Part shown: in pieces, positions 1 to 8,092 of the stretch | Layout: the number at the start of each line of letters is the position of its first letter | Position numbering within the stretch: position 1 is the stretch's first letter | NCBI RefSeq assembly: GCF_001457595.1 | Contig: NZ_LN831039.1 | Location: forward strand, 5,220,001 to 5,252,000 | DNA from: Mycolicibacterium smegmatis | GTDB taxonomy: Bacteria; Actinomycetota; Actinomycetes; Mycobacteriales; Mycobacteriaceae | Direction: 5' to 3' | DNA: 32,000 nt | The notes under the pieces: model-generated | Database searches by the model: none | What the model saw: the letters and a program-made list of their open reading frames with translations, nothing else | Told to the model about the DNA's origin: nothing | Position numbers and translations under genes: made by a program

Positions 1-333
1 GTCGACGACGGGTCCGACATCGGCGGCGGCGCGTCGATCATGGGCACGCTCTCGGGTGGCGGCAAAGAGGTCATCAAGGTCGGCAAGCGTTGCCTGCTGG
101 GCGCCAACTCGGGTCTGGGCATCTCACTGGGCGACGACTGCGTCGTCGAGGCGGGCCTTTACGTGACCGGCGGTACCAAGGTCACCACTGCCGACGGACA
201 GGTCACCAAGGCCATCGAGCTGTCCGGCGCGAGCAACCTGCTGTTCCGTCGCAACTCGCTGTCGGGTGCGGTCGAGGTGGTCAAGCGCGACGGTACGGGC
301 ATCACCCTCAACGAGGCCCTGCACGCCAACTGA
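1..333 (+). CDS. dapD: Tetrahydrodipicolinate N-succinyltransferase (DapD), C-terminal fragment; the 5' end lies outside the window
   Basis: Frame 1 is open from nt 1 to TGA 331-333. Left-handed beta-helix hexapeptide-type sequence ([28 protein letters not shown]) and a C-terminus typical of actinobacterial DapD. Synteny with Rv1201c. Confidence 0.8.
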   Translation, partial: VDDGSDIGGGASIMGTLSGGGKEVIKVGKRCLLGANSGLGISLGDDCVVEAGLYVTGGTKVTTADGQVTKAIELSGASNLLFRRNSLSGAVEVVKRDGTGITLNEALHAN

Positions 334-345
334 CGTTGACCGCGG

Positions 346-807
346 TCACTGCGTGAACGCGTGGGAGATGTGGATCTTCCAGCGCCCGTCGGGCTGACGC
401 TGGAAGACGTCCACCCCGTCCTCGTGAACGGTTTCCAGAACCGCGCCTGCCGAGTCGCGCACCGTCAGCGTCCAGACCAGCCGCACCGTCGCCAAATCCC
501 CGTCGACGAGAATCTCTTTGATGTCGGGCTCGTCGTAGTGCAGTGACTTCGACGGGTCGTTGAACCGGTCACGCATCTGATCGCAGAACCCATCCCGGTC
601 GCGGTCGGCCGAGTCCGGATACGCGAGCACCGCGTCGTCGGCGAACAGTCCGCACACCGCGTCGATGTCACGATCGTTGAAGGCCTGGGGCCACTGTCGC
701 AGTGCTTCTTCGATGGCCTGGCGATCCGCATCCCGGTCTGGGTTTCCGCACCCAGCAAGCACACTGACCGCTGCAACCACGAGAGCGAGCGCGCGCAACA
801 CCGTCAC
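346..807 (-). CDS. Lipoprotein with NTF2-like (SnoaL/DUF4440-type) domain
   Basis: 153 aa with a GTG start. Signal peptide plus lipobox (VSVLAGC). The mature part (AFNDRDIDAV...DGRWKI) resembles NTF2-fold DUF4440 proteins. Confidence 0.7.
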   Translation of the reverse strand: MTVLRALALVVAAVSVLAGCGNPDRDADRQAIEEALRQWPQAFNDRDIDAVCGLFADDAVLAYPDSADRDRDGFCDQMRDRFNDPSKSLHYDEPDIKEILVDGDLATVRLVWTLTVRDSAGAVLETVHEDGVDVFQRQPDGRWKIHISHAFTQ

Positions 808-825
808 ATTGTGACGGCACTGCCG

Positions 826-2667
826 TCAGAACGGTGGGGGTTTGTTGTGTTCGGCGACGAGGTCGTCGTTGAGTTTGCGTTCGGCGGCGATGGTGCGGGC
901 GGTGTTCTGGGCGCGGGTGCGGCGTCGTTTGGGCATCTTGACCCCGCGCAGGTCGGGGTCGGCGGTAGGGATCGGGGTGGCCGGTAGGTCCAGTGCGCCG
1001 GTGGGTGCGGCCAGTTCGGTGATCGACAGGCGCCGGTGGCTTCCGGGCACAGTGGTGTACTCCCGCCCGGAAGGGGAGGTCCATACGATGGTGCCGTCGG
1101 GGTGTTGTCGGTCTGTCCAGCCGCGGGGGCCGGTCCAGAACGTTTTCAGAAGATGATGAAAACGACACAGACACTTCAGGTTTGAGGCATGCGTGGGCCC
1201 TGCGGGGTAGGGCACGGTGTGGTCGATGTCGCAGCGGTCGGCAGGTTTGTCACATCCGGGGAACCGGCAGGTCAAATCGCGGCAGCGCACATAGTCCGCG
1301 AGCGCGCGTGAGGGGATGTAGCGGTCTTCCGGTGGGGTGTCGCCGGGGTGGATCAGCGGGCGGATGGTGGCGTTGTTGATGATCTCGGCCAGCGCGTAGG
1401 CCGGCAGCACCCCGCCGCCGAACAGCACTGCCGGTGGCACCCGATCCAGGGGCTCCTCGTGCGGGGCGAGGAACGCCGACGGTGTGCCGCTGCTGGTTTC
1501 GGTGAACTCGGCGACAGTGAGGGATCCGGCGTCGCAAAAGGTTCCAGCGGACTCGGCGGTCTCGGTGGCGGTGTCGGTGTCGGCGGCGGGTGCGATACCG
1601 GGGTCGTTCTCGGTGCCCACGGTCTCGGTGTCGGCGGCGGTGTTGTCGGTGGCGGTGTTGCCGGTGTTGTCGGTGTCGGGTTCCCCGTCGGGGGTGGGTT
1701 CACCATAGGTGGGCGGTGCGCTGGTCTGCGCGGCGGCGTGTTGGGCGGCGGTGACGGTGTCTTCGCGGGCGATGACGTGCAAAACGAGGTGTCCGCGGGG
1801 GGATGTTTCGCGGCCGCGCGCACATTCGGGGTCGGCGCACTCACAGGCCAGGGTGGTGTGGTCGAGGATGGCGCCGAGGGCGTCGTGGCGCAGCTCGTTG
1901 AGGGTGCGCGGGTCTTCCGGGCACACCCCTTCGATGAGTTCGGCGATCCGGGCGTCGTAGGCGTTGCCGAGGTCGGCCTGCAGCCGCCCGTTGACCGACA
2001 GCACACCGGGGGCGTCGGTGGGGGAGCCGATGTCGAAGTAGCGACCGCGGCGTGAGGCGCGGCCGCGGCGGAAGGAGCCCGGGTCGTGTTTGAGGATCAG
2101 ATCATCAATGGTGTTGTCGATCTGTTTGAGGGTGAGTTTGCCCCAGGAGGTGATCTGGGCGGCCAGCTCGGCGTCGATGGCGGCGAGTTTGTTTGGGTCG
2201 AGGAACAGTGCGGTGCTCCAGCAGATGTTGCGCACGAGCATCTCGCTGACCAGCCCCGCGGCGAACACCTCGTTGACCTTGGGCAGCCGGTCACGCAGCG
2301 CGACCCCGCGCTGGGCCTGGTGCAGCGCGGCCCAAGCGGTGATGCCCTGGGCGGCGCCGAGTTGGGCGCCGACGGCGGCCTCGGGGTCGACGAACCACCC
2401 CCGCCGGTCCTCGGCGGTGGGGGTGGTGGTGGCGCGGATGAACAGCTCGGCCATCGCGGCGTGCTTGCGTGCCGAGGCGGAGGCTTCGGCCTGCGCCCAG
2501 CCGCGGGCCTGGCCTTCCAGGGCAGCGTCGGACAGCGCGGCAAACTGCGCGATCTCCACCAACGACCCTTCGTACATACGTTCGAATCTACCGTCGGCGA
2601 ACCCGCCGAGAACCCCCGCGAACCCGATCTGTGGATGAAAACGCATCTGGGGATAACCACAGCTCAC
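826..2667 (-). CDS. DUF222 / HNH endonuclease family protein (REP13E12-like)
   Basis: 613-aa ORF. The C-terminal HNH motif is CDIDHTVPYPAGPTHASNLKCLCRFHHLLKTF, and the N-terminal two thirds look like mycobacterial DUF222. The true start may be the internal Met at 2577 (MYEGSLVEIAQ...). A central acidic Thr/Asp/Asn-rich low-complexity insert is present. Confidence 0.85.
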   Translation of the reverse strand: MSCGYPQMRFHPQIGFAGVLGGFADGRFERMYEGSLVEIAQFAALSDAALEGQARGWAQAEASASARKHAAMAELFIRATTTPTAEDRRGWFVDPEAAVGAQLGAAQGITAWAALHQAQRGVALRDRLPKVNEVFAAGLVSEMLVRNICWSTALFLDPNKLAAIDAELAAQITSWGKLTLKQIDNTIDDLILKHDPGSFRRGRASRRGRYFDIGSPTDAPGVLSVNGRLQADLGNAYDARIAELIEGVCPEDPRTLNELRHDALGAILDHTTLACECADPECARGRETSPRGHLVLHVIAREDTVTAAQHAAAQTSAPPTYGEPTPDGEPDTDNTGNTATDNTAADTETVGTENDPGIAPAADTDTATETAESAGTFCDAGSLTVAEFTETSSGTPSAFLAPHEEPLDRVPPAVLFGGGVLPAYALAEIINNATIRPLIHPGDTPPEDRYIPSRALADYVRCRDLTCRFPGCDKPADRCDIDHTVPYPAGPTHASNLKCLCRFHHLLKTFWTGPRGWTDRQHPDGTIVWTSPSGREYTTVPGSHRRLSITELAAPTGALDLPATPIPTADPDLRGVKMPKRRRTRAQNTARTIAAERKLNDDLVAEHNKPPPF

Positions 2668-2782
2668 GCACTGAAAATGTCACACCCATGGTGTAAGGAG
2701 TCACCTTGTCGATTCCGCGATGGTGACCCACGTCGAGCGCTATGTTCCGCAGAGAGTGGGCCACCTGAGCCTGGAGGTCGTC

Positions 2783-3181
2783 ATGACCACAATCGGATCG
2801 CCAACCCGTTATCGGCTTCTCCAGATCGCACTCGTTGCCGCTGGGGTGGCGATGATCCTCCTCTATCCGCTGGCTGTCGTCTGGCCGTCCGGGTGGGCGT
2901 GGCATTCCGGGCCCCCGTATGAGTCGAACTATTTCATGATGATCGTCGGCCTGTACGTGACCCTGGGAGCGTTCCTCATCAACGCCGCGAGGCGCCCCGA
3001 AGCCAATGTGAGCCTCATCTGGTTCGCGGTGTGTTCCAGCGTCGTTCACGCGGTGATCATGGCGGTGCAGTCGTTCGGCAGTGGCCATCACATGGGGCAT
3101 CTGTGGGGAGATGTCCCGGCGCTGCTCCTCGCCGCCATCATCTTGGCGGTCCTCATGAAGGTGCCCGACCGTCAGGCGTGA
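2783..3181 (+). CDS. Small integral membrane protein (about 4 TM helices), function unknown
   Basis: ATG 2783 is preceded by GGAGG at 2773-2777. There are four hydrophobic segments. The longer track ORF (from 2720) lacks an SD. Confidence 0.55.
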   Translation: MTTIGSPTRYRLLQIALVAAGVAMILLYPLAVVWPSGWAWHSGPPYESNYFMMIVGLYVTLGAFLINAARRPEANVSLIWFAVCSSVVHAVIMAVQSFGSGHHMGHLWGDVPALLLAAIILAVLMKVPDRQA

Positions 3182-3837
3182 GCGGCCTGCCGGATGAAGG
3201 CCGCAACGGCGTGCGGCTGGGACATGTAAACGGCGTGGCTCGCGGCGACCTGGATCGTGGTTGCGCCGGCCCGTGCCGCCATGGCACGTTGTGCGGCAAA
3301 GGGAATCATGCGGTCCTCGGTTGCGATCAGATACCAGCACGGTTTATGCCGCCACGCGGGGTCGGTCACTGTCGAGGTCATGGCGGCTTCCGACCATGGG
3401 ACCTGCGAATCTGCCAGGAACGCCGCGTCGGCCGCGGGTAGGTCCGCACCGAAAGAACTGTGGAACTTCGCTCGCGCCTGCACCAGGAATCCACCAGAGA
3501 GCGCGACGATCGGTGAGCCCGGTGCGCCTGGGTGACCGCCGAGCGCCTCGACCGACTCGCCGTCATCAGGTACGAATGCCGCGATGTAGACCAGAGCCGA
3601 CACGCTGTCGTGGCCACCCGCCTCGGTGATCACGGCGCCGCCGTAGGAATGGCCAACGAGCACAACCGGTCCCACGAGACCGTCGAGAACGCGCCGCGTT
3701 GCCTCCACGTCGCCGGACAACGACAGATTCGGTGTCTGCACCACATCGACGTGGTGCCCCACCCCCACAAGAAGGTCATACACCGCACGCCAGGTGGACC
3801 CGTCGACGAAAGCGCCGTGCACCAGGACGATGTTCAC
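3172..3837 (-). CDS. Alpha/beta-fold hydrolase
   Basis: 221 aa. The N-terminus is IVLVHGAFVDGSTW and the nucleophile elbow is GHSYGG. The GTG start overlaps the upstream stop (GTGA), which suggests translational coupling with the MBL gene. Confidence 0.85.
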   Translation of the reverse strand: MNIVLVHGAFVDGSTWRAVYDLLVGVGHHVDVVQTPNLSLSGDVEATRRVLDGLVGPVVLVGHSYGGAVITEAGGHDSVSALVYIAAFVPDDGESVEALGGHPGAPGSPIVALSGGFLVQARAKFHSSFGADLPAADAAFLADSQVPWSEAAMTSTVTDPAWRHKPCWYLIATEDRMIPFAAQRAMAARAGATTIQVAASHAVYMSQPHAVAAFIRQAAHA

Positions 3838-4673
3838 GTCCCCGGCTCGAAGGTGTAGGTATCTCCGTGCGTGAGGTACACGAACTCTGTGGCCGCATCG
3901 GAGGTTTGGGCCGCACTCTGGAAATCGTCGAGTCCTGAGAGGAAAACGGAGAAATCGTTGTAGTGAATCGGAATCGCGACGCGCGGCTTGGTGATCTCGA
4001 CAGCGCGGACTCCCTGCTCACCCGTCATGGTGACGACGGTGACCAGGTACGTCGTACCACCGGTGTGGATCAGGCCGAGGTCGATCGCCGGGTAGCGACG
4101 CGGGATGTCGTGAAGGTCCTCGACAAGCATCGTGTCCCCCGTGATGTAGAGCCTGTAGAGCCGCTCTCCACCACGGCTGAAATCCAACAGATGTCCGTTG
4201 ACCGGCATGAGCATCGCGTCGACGGCGTCGTCCGTCGCGTGCTTGGCGGGCATCGCGGTGATGATCAGTGTCGCTTCGCCTTTGCGCACCTCAAGCGATT
4301 CCCAGGTGCTCAACGCGTACCCCTGATCGAAACCGAGCGGAGTCAGCTTCTCGATCGCGTCGGCAGTCGAGACGATTGGCAGCTTCTTGTCGAGTTGCTG
4401 GGCGGCGACGTCATCGAAATGGTCGCCGTGGTAGTGCGACAGCACCACGAGATCGATCGGTGGCAGGTCCGCGATCTGGCAGGCGGGCTCGACCTCGCGC
4501 CGGGCCCAGATACCGTGCCCCAGGTGGACGTGCTCGCCTTTGTGAAGGAAGGCGGGGTCGGTCAGGATGTTGAGCCCACCGAACCGGATCACCGTGGTGG
4601 CGTTGCCGACGAAGTAGACCTCACCCGTGCTGAAATCTGCGGCCTCACCGCCCGCGAGCTCCAAGGAAGTCAT
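3834..4673 (-). CDS. MBL-fold metallo-hydrolase
   Basis: 279 aa with the metallo-beta-lactamase motif LSHYHGDHFD. SD-like GAAGG lies upstream of ATG 4673. Confidence 0.85.
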   Translation of the reverse strand: MTSLELAGGEAADFSTGEVYFVGNATTVIRFGGLNILTDPAFLHKGEHVHLGHGIWARREVEPACQIADLPPIDLVVLSHYHGDHFDDVAAQQLDKKLPIVSTADAIEKLTPLGFDQGYALSTWESLEVRKGEATLIITAMPAKHATDDAVDAMLMPVNGHLLDFSRGGERLYRLYITGDTMLVEDLHDIPRRYPAIDLGLIHTGGTTYLVTVVTMTGEQGVRAVEITKPRVAIPIHYNDFSVFLSGLDDFQSAAQTSDAATEFVYLTHGDTYTFEPGT

Positions 4674-5031
4674 CGCATCCCGCCTTCCGGTCGTCGCACG
4701 TCCAGTGTGGGCTCGAATCGTCGGAATGGATAGAGGCCGCGGCGACCACTCCCCGTACGTGTAGGCGACGTGAGCGCATCACGGCCGTGTGAAAGCGTTT
4801 GTACGACACATCTTCAGCGCACACCCGGCAGGCGCTCGGCGACCACAGCATCACTCGGACTCTGCGACATGCCGCCGGTGTGGCATCGGCCGCCCAGCGA
4901 AACGCATGTCGCGTATGGGCGCGCCGGTCCCCCGACACGTCGTTTTGGCATATGACACTGACTTTGCCTGCTACAGTTCCGCGCACCGGAAGACGCGAGG
5001 TCGTAGTCCGCCTCTCCGAGAGGAGTTGCCC

Positions 5032-5403
5032 ATGGCCCTGATGTCATCCACCGCGCGGTGGGTCCTGTTGCCGGCGGGCGCCGCCTGCGCGGCGGTGGTC
5101 ACCGGTCTACTCGGATCGGTCACCGCGACAGCCGAGCCTGCGCCGCCGCGGCCGCCGAACTGCACGGCCGCCGACCTCGCCGGGATAGCGTCGGGCGTCG
5201 CGGCCGCGACATCGTCGTATCTGTTCACCCACCCCGACGTCAACGACTTCTACACGAGCGTGCGTGGCCGTCCGCACGAAGAGGCCTCCGCGGCCATCGA
5301 CGCCTACTTCGAAGGCAACCCGCAGGCCCACGCCGACCTCGCCGGTATCCGTCAACCACTCGTGGACTTCCGCAACCGCTGCGGTATCGCTCCGCCCAGT
5401 TAA
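5032..5403 (+). CDS. Secreted hemophore-related protein (Rv0203-like family)
   Basis: ATG 5032 is preceded by GAGAGGAG. It has a signal peptide, then PNCTAADLAGIASGVAAATSSYLFTHPDVNDFYT...NPQAHADLAGIRQPLVDFRNRCG, which matches my memory of the mycobacterial hemophore-related family. The track ORF start at 4789 is an artefactual extension. Confidence 0.65.
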   Translation: MALMSSTARWVLLPAGAACAAVVTGLLGSVTATAEPAPPRPPNCTAADLAGIASGVAAATSSYLFTHPDVNDFYTSVRGRPHEEASAAIDAYFEGNPQAHADLAGIRQPLVDFRNRCGIAPPS

Positions 5404-5418
5404 CGTTCGGAGACAACG

Positions 5419-5742
5419 ATGTTCCGATCAGCATCACGACCGCTCGGTCTACGCGCGGCCATAGCCGCCCTGGCGTTCACCGCGCTTCCCGGCGCGATCA
5501 TCCTGCTCGCACCGGCAGGCACCGCCGCTGCCGACGTCTGCGCGAGCGCCGGCAGGCGGATCACGGTGGGCGGGTGTGTCAACGTCGCCGACGCCGTGGC
5601 GCCCTATGTCCCGCCGCCTGCCTACTACGCCCCGCTGCCCGGCGAGGCACCGCCACCACCGCCGCCACCACCGCCGGGCTCCAACGTCACCGGGTGTGTC
5701 GGCTGGAACGGCCGGTGGGTGAGCGCCAGCGGCTGCAACTGA
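5419..5742 (+). CDS. Small secreted Cys/Pro-rich protein, unknown function
   Basis: 107 aa. GGAGA lies 7 nt upstream of the ATG and the gene starts 15 nt after the hemophore-like stop. The signal peptide ends ...GTAAA/DV. The mature part has 4 Cys in two C-x11-12-C loops separated by a proline-rich segment containing a run of nine Pro. Confidence 0.6.
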   Translation: MFRSASRPLGLRAAIAALAFTALPGAIILLAPAGTAAADVCASAGRRITVGGCVNVADAVAPYVPPPAYYAPLPGEAPPPPPPPPPGSNVTGCVGWNGRWVSASGCN

Positions 5743-5756
5743 GCGATCCTGGCCGG

Positions 5757-6107
5757 CTACGACTCGGCTGCCAATACGCAGAACTCGTTGCCCTCAGGGT
5801 CGGCGAGTACCACCCAACTCTGCTCGCCCTGCCCGATGTCGACGTGGCGCGCGCCAAGGCCGATCAGCCGGTCGACCTCGGCCTGCTGGTCGTCGGGGGT
5901 GAAGTCGACGTGGAGGCGGTTCTTGACGGTCTTGCCGTCGGGCACCGCGAGGAACAACCAGACGGGGCCCTGTCCCGGCGGTGGCGTCAGCACGACGTCC
6001 CCGTCGGAGTCGGTGTGCTCGGGCCACCCGAGCGCCTGTGACCACCAGTGCCCCAACGCCTCCGGGTCGTGGGCGTCGATGCAGAGCTCGGAGAACCTCA
6101 ACGCCAC
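5757..6107 (-). CDS. VOC (glyoxalase/bleomycin-resistance fold) family protein
   Basis: 116 aa. LCIDAHDPEALGHWWSQALGW...NRLHVDF...DPEGNEFCV is typical of small actinobacterial VOC proteins. It overlaps the upstream ligase gene by 10 nt. Confidence 0.8.
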   Translation of the reverse strand: MALRFSELCIDAHDPEALGHWWSQALGWPEHTDSDGDVVLTPPPGQGPVWLFLAVPDGKTVKNRLHVDFTPDDQQAEVDRLIGLGARHVDIGQGEQSWVVLADPEGNEFCVLAAES

Positions 6108-7504
6108 TGCGCGAGCTCCTTTTTGAGCACCTTCCCCATGGCGTTGCGTGGCAGGCTGTCCACGATCCTGACCTCGCGGGGCCGCTTGTGCACCGAGAGT
6201 TGCTTTGCGACAAAGTCGATGAGCGAATCGGACTCGGCATCGCCGACCACGTACGCGACGATGCGTTGCCCCAGATCGTCGTCGGGAACGCCGACGACGG
6301 CGGCTTCCTTGACGCCGGGGTGGCCGAGCAGCACGGTCTCGATCTCACCCGCGCCGATGCGGTAACCACCGGATTTGATGAGGTCGACCGACTCGCGGCC
6401 GACGATGCGGTGCATGCCGCCCGCGTCGATCACCGCGACGTCACCGGTACGGAACCAGCCGTCGTCGTCGAACGCCTCCGCGGTGGCCTCCGGGCGGTTG
6501 AGGTAGCCCTCGAACACCGTCGGGCCCTTGATCTGGAGACGTCCGATGGTCTCGCCGTCGTGCGGCACCTCGGCACCGTTCTCGTCCACCAGGCGCGTCC
6601 GGACACCCTCGATCGGCACCCCGACCCAACCGGGCCTGCGTTCGCCGTTGACCAAAGTGGTGATGGTGATCAGGGATTCGGTGCTGCCGTAGCGCTCCAC
6701 CGGCGGTTGACCGGTGAGCTTGGTCAACTGCTCGAACACGGGCACCGGCAGCGGGGCGCTGCCCGACACCAACAGGCGCGCCGACGACAGCGCGAGCGCG
6801 GCGTCGAGGTTGTTGACGACGCGCGACCACACCGTGGGCACCCCGAAGTACAGCGTGCCCTTGGCCTCGGCGTAGCGCTCCGGGGTGGGCTTGCCGGTGT
6901 GCACGAAGCGGTTTCCGATGCGCAGCGAACCGATCAGGCCGAGCACCAGACCGTGCACGTGGAACAGCGGAAGTCCGTGCACCAGCGTGTCTTCCGGCGT
7001 CCACTCCCACGCCTTGGCCAGCCCGTCGATGTCGGCGGCGATGGCGTTGCGCGTGATGGGCACGCCCTTGGGCAAACCCGTGGTGCCCGAGGTGTACATG
7101 ATGATCGCGGTCGATTCCGGCGGCGGTTCGGCGTAGCGGTGCCACGACCGGGCGTGCAGGCGCACCGGGATGTGCGGCAACCCCTCGGCGTCGTCGGGCC
7201 GCTCGCCGAGCCAGGCCTGAGCGCCGGAATCTTCGAGCATGTGGCGGCGCTCGGCGACGCCGACATCGGCGGGCACCGGGACGACGGTGACACCCGCGAT
7301 GAGGCAGCCGGTGATCGCGAGCACTGTGGTGGCGGTCGGTTTCGCGAGGACAGCGACGCGCTGTGCGACGGCGACGCGCTCGGCGACCGAGGTCGCACCG
7401 CCCACCAGGTCGCTACGGCTGAGGACGGCACCGTCGATGCGGACCGCGTCAGCGATGTCAGCGCCGGCGGCTACCGCTGCGGGATTCAGTGAGGCCAGCA
7501 GCAT
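6098..7504 (-). CDS. AMP-dependent acyl-CoA synthetase/ligase (FadD36-like by synteny)
   Basis: 468 aa. AMP-binding signature MYTSGTTGLPKGV, plus GYRIGAGEIE and a C-terminal LPRNAMGKVLKKEL motif. Confidence 0.9.
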   Translation of the reverse strand: MLLASLNPAAVAAGADIADAVRIDGAVLSRSDLVGGATSVAERVAVAQRVAVLAKPTATTVLAITGCLIAGVTVVPVPADVGVAERRHMLEDSGAQAWLGERPDDAEGLPHIPVRLHARSWHRYAEPPPESTAIIMYTSGTTGLPKGVPITRNAIAADIDGLAKAWEWTPEDTLVHGLPLFHVHGLVLGLIGSLRIGNRFVHTGKPTPERYAEAKGTLYFGVPTVWSRVVNNLDAALALSSARLLVSGSAPLPVPVFEQLTKLTGQPPVERYGSTESLITITTLVNGERRPGWVGVPIEGVRTRLVDENGAEVPHDGETIGRLQIKGPTVFEGYLNRPEATAEAFDDDGWFRTGDVAVIDAGGMHRIVGRESVDLIKSGGYRIGAGEIETVLLGHPGVKEAAVVGVPDDDLGQRIVAYVVGDAESDSLIDFVAKQLSVHKRPREVRIVDSLPRNAMGKVLKKELAQWR

Positions 7505-7590
7505 AGTGCGAGGCTACCCGGCGCGGTTTGCCCCCTGACCCGCGGCCGAAGGTACTCGACATCGCGCCGAATGATCGACAGGCTGGAGTC

Positions 7591-8085
7591 ATGAGTCCGT
7601 CGGCGCACCGTGACCGCGACGAATCGGGCCGTCCTCGCAATTCCCGGCCGCGCGACGCGCTGGGCCGCCCGTTGCCGTACGGCAGCAAGGGCATGGAGCG
7701 CATACCGGATGACCTGCATCTGTCGCCGACGGAATCGCTGGCCTTCGCCCAGCGGCTGCTGGATCTGGGGCATGCGTTCGCGGCCCACGAGGTGCTCGAG
7801 GCCGCGTGGAAGAACGGCCCGTCCGGTGAGCGCCCGCTGTGGCAGGGGTTGGCGCAACTGGCGGTGGGCATCACCCACGTGCAGCGGGGCAACCTTCCCG
7901 GCGCGGCCGCACTGCTACGACGAGCCTCGGAGCGGCTGGCGAAAGTCGACCTGCCCGCCCCGCACGACGTCGACGTCACCGACCTCATCCGGTATGCCGA
8001 GGCGCTCGCGAAAGACCTCACCGACGGGCGTGACATCGACGCCGAGCGGCTGCGCGTCCAGCTCATCGACAAGGCATCGCGATAA
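7591..8085 (+). CDS. DUF309 domain protein
   Basis: FAQRLLDLGHAFAAHEVLEAAWKNGP...LWQGLAQLAVGITHVQRGNLPGAAALLRRA is the DUF309 helical signature. ATG 7591 has GGAG 4 nt upstream. An alternative start is at 7528. Confidence 0.7.
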   Translation: MSPSAHRDRDESGRPRNSRPRDALGRPLPYGSKGMERIPDDLHLSPTESLAFAQRLLDLGHAFAAHEVLEAAWKNGPSGERPLWQGLAQLAVGITHVQRGNLPGAAALLRRASERLAKVDLPAPHDVDVTDLIRYAEALAKDLTDGRDIDAERLRVQLIDKASR

Positions 8086-8092
8086 TGGGGCG

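Noticed and set aside
808-813. A minimal ATG-TGA ORF on the minus strand overlapping the lipoprotein GTG start.
   Set aside because: A two-codon ORF is expected by chance, and I see no supporting signal beyond the hairpins already reported.
1545-1725. GGT/GTC-rich simple-sequence tracts here and at 24420-24550, considered as possible non-coding microsatellites or VNTR loci.
   Set aside because: Both lie inside intact long ORFs and translate in frame into Thr/Asp- or Thr/Pro-rich low-complexity linkers. They are reported as coding features rather than intergenic repeats.
5981-7492. Long antisense ORFs opposite well-supported genes: 5981-7492 (+) opposite the acyl-CoA ligase, 28192-29778 (+) opposite typA, 19980-21422 (+) opposite fbiC, 11178-12878 (+, an alternative frame of pruC), 8599-9639 (+), 15681-16625 (-) and 25066-26088 (+).
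   Set aside because: These are typical high-GC artefacts. Their translations are Arg/Gly/Pro/Ala-rich with no recognisable motifs, while the opposite or alternative frame carries clear family signatures and GC3 bias.
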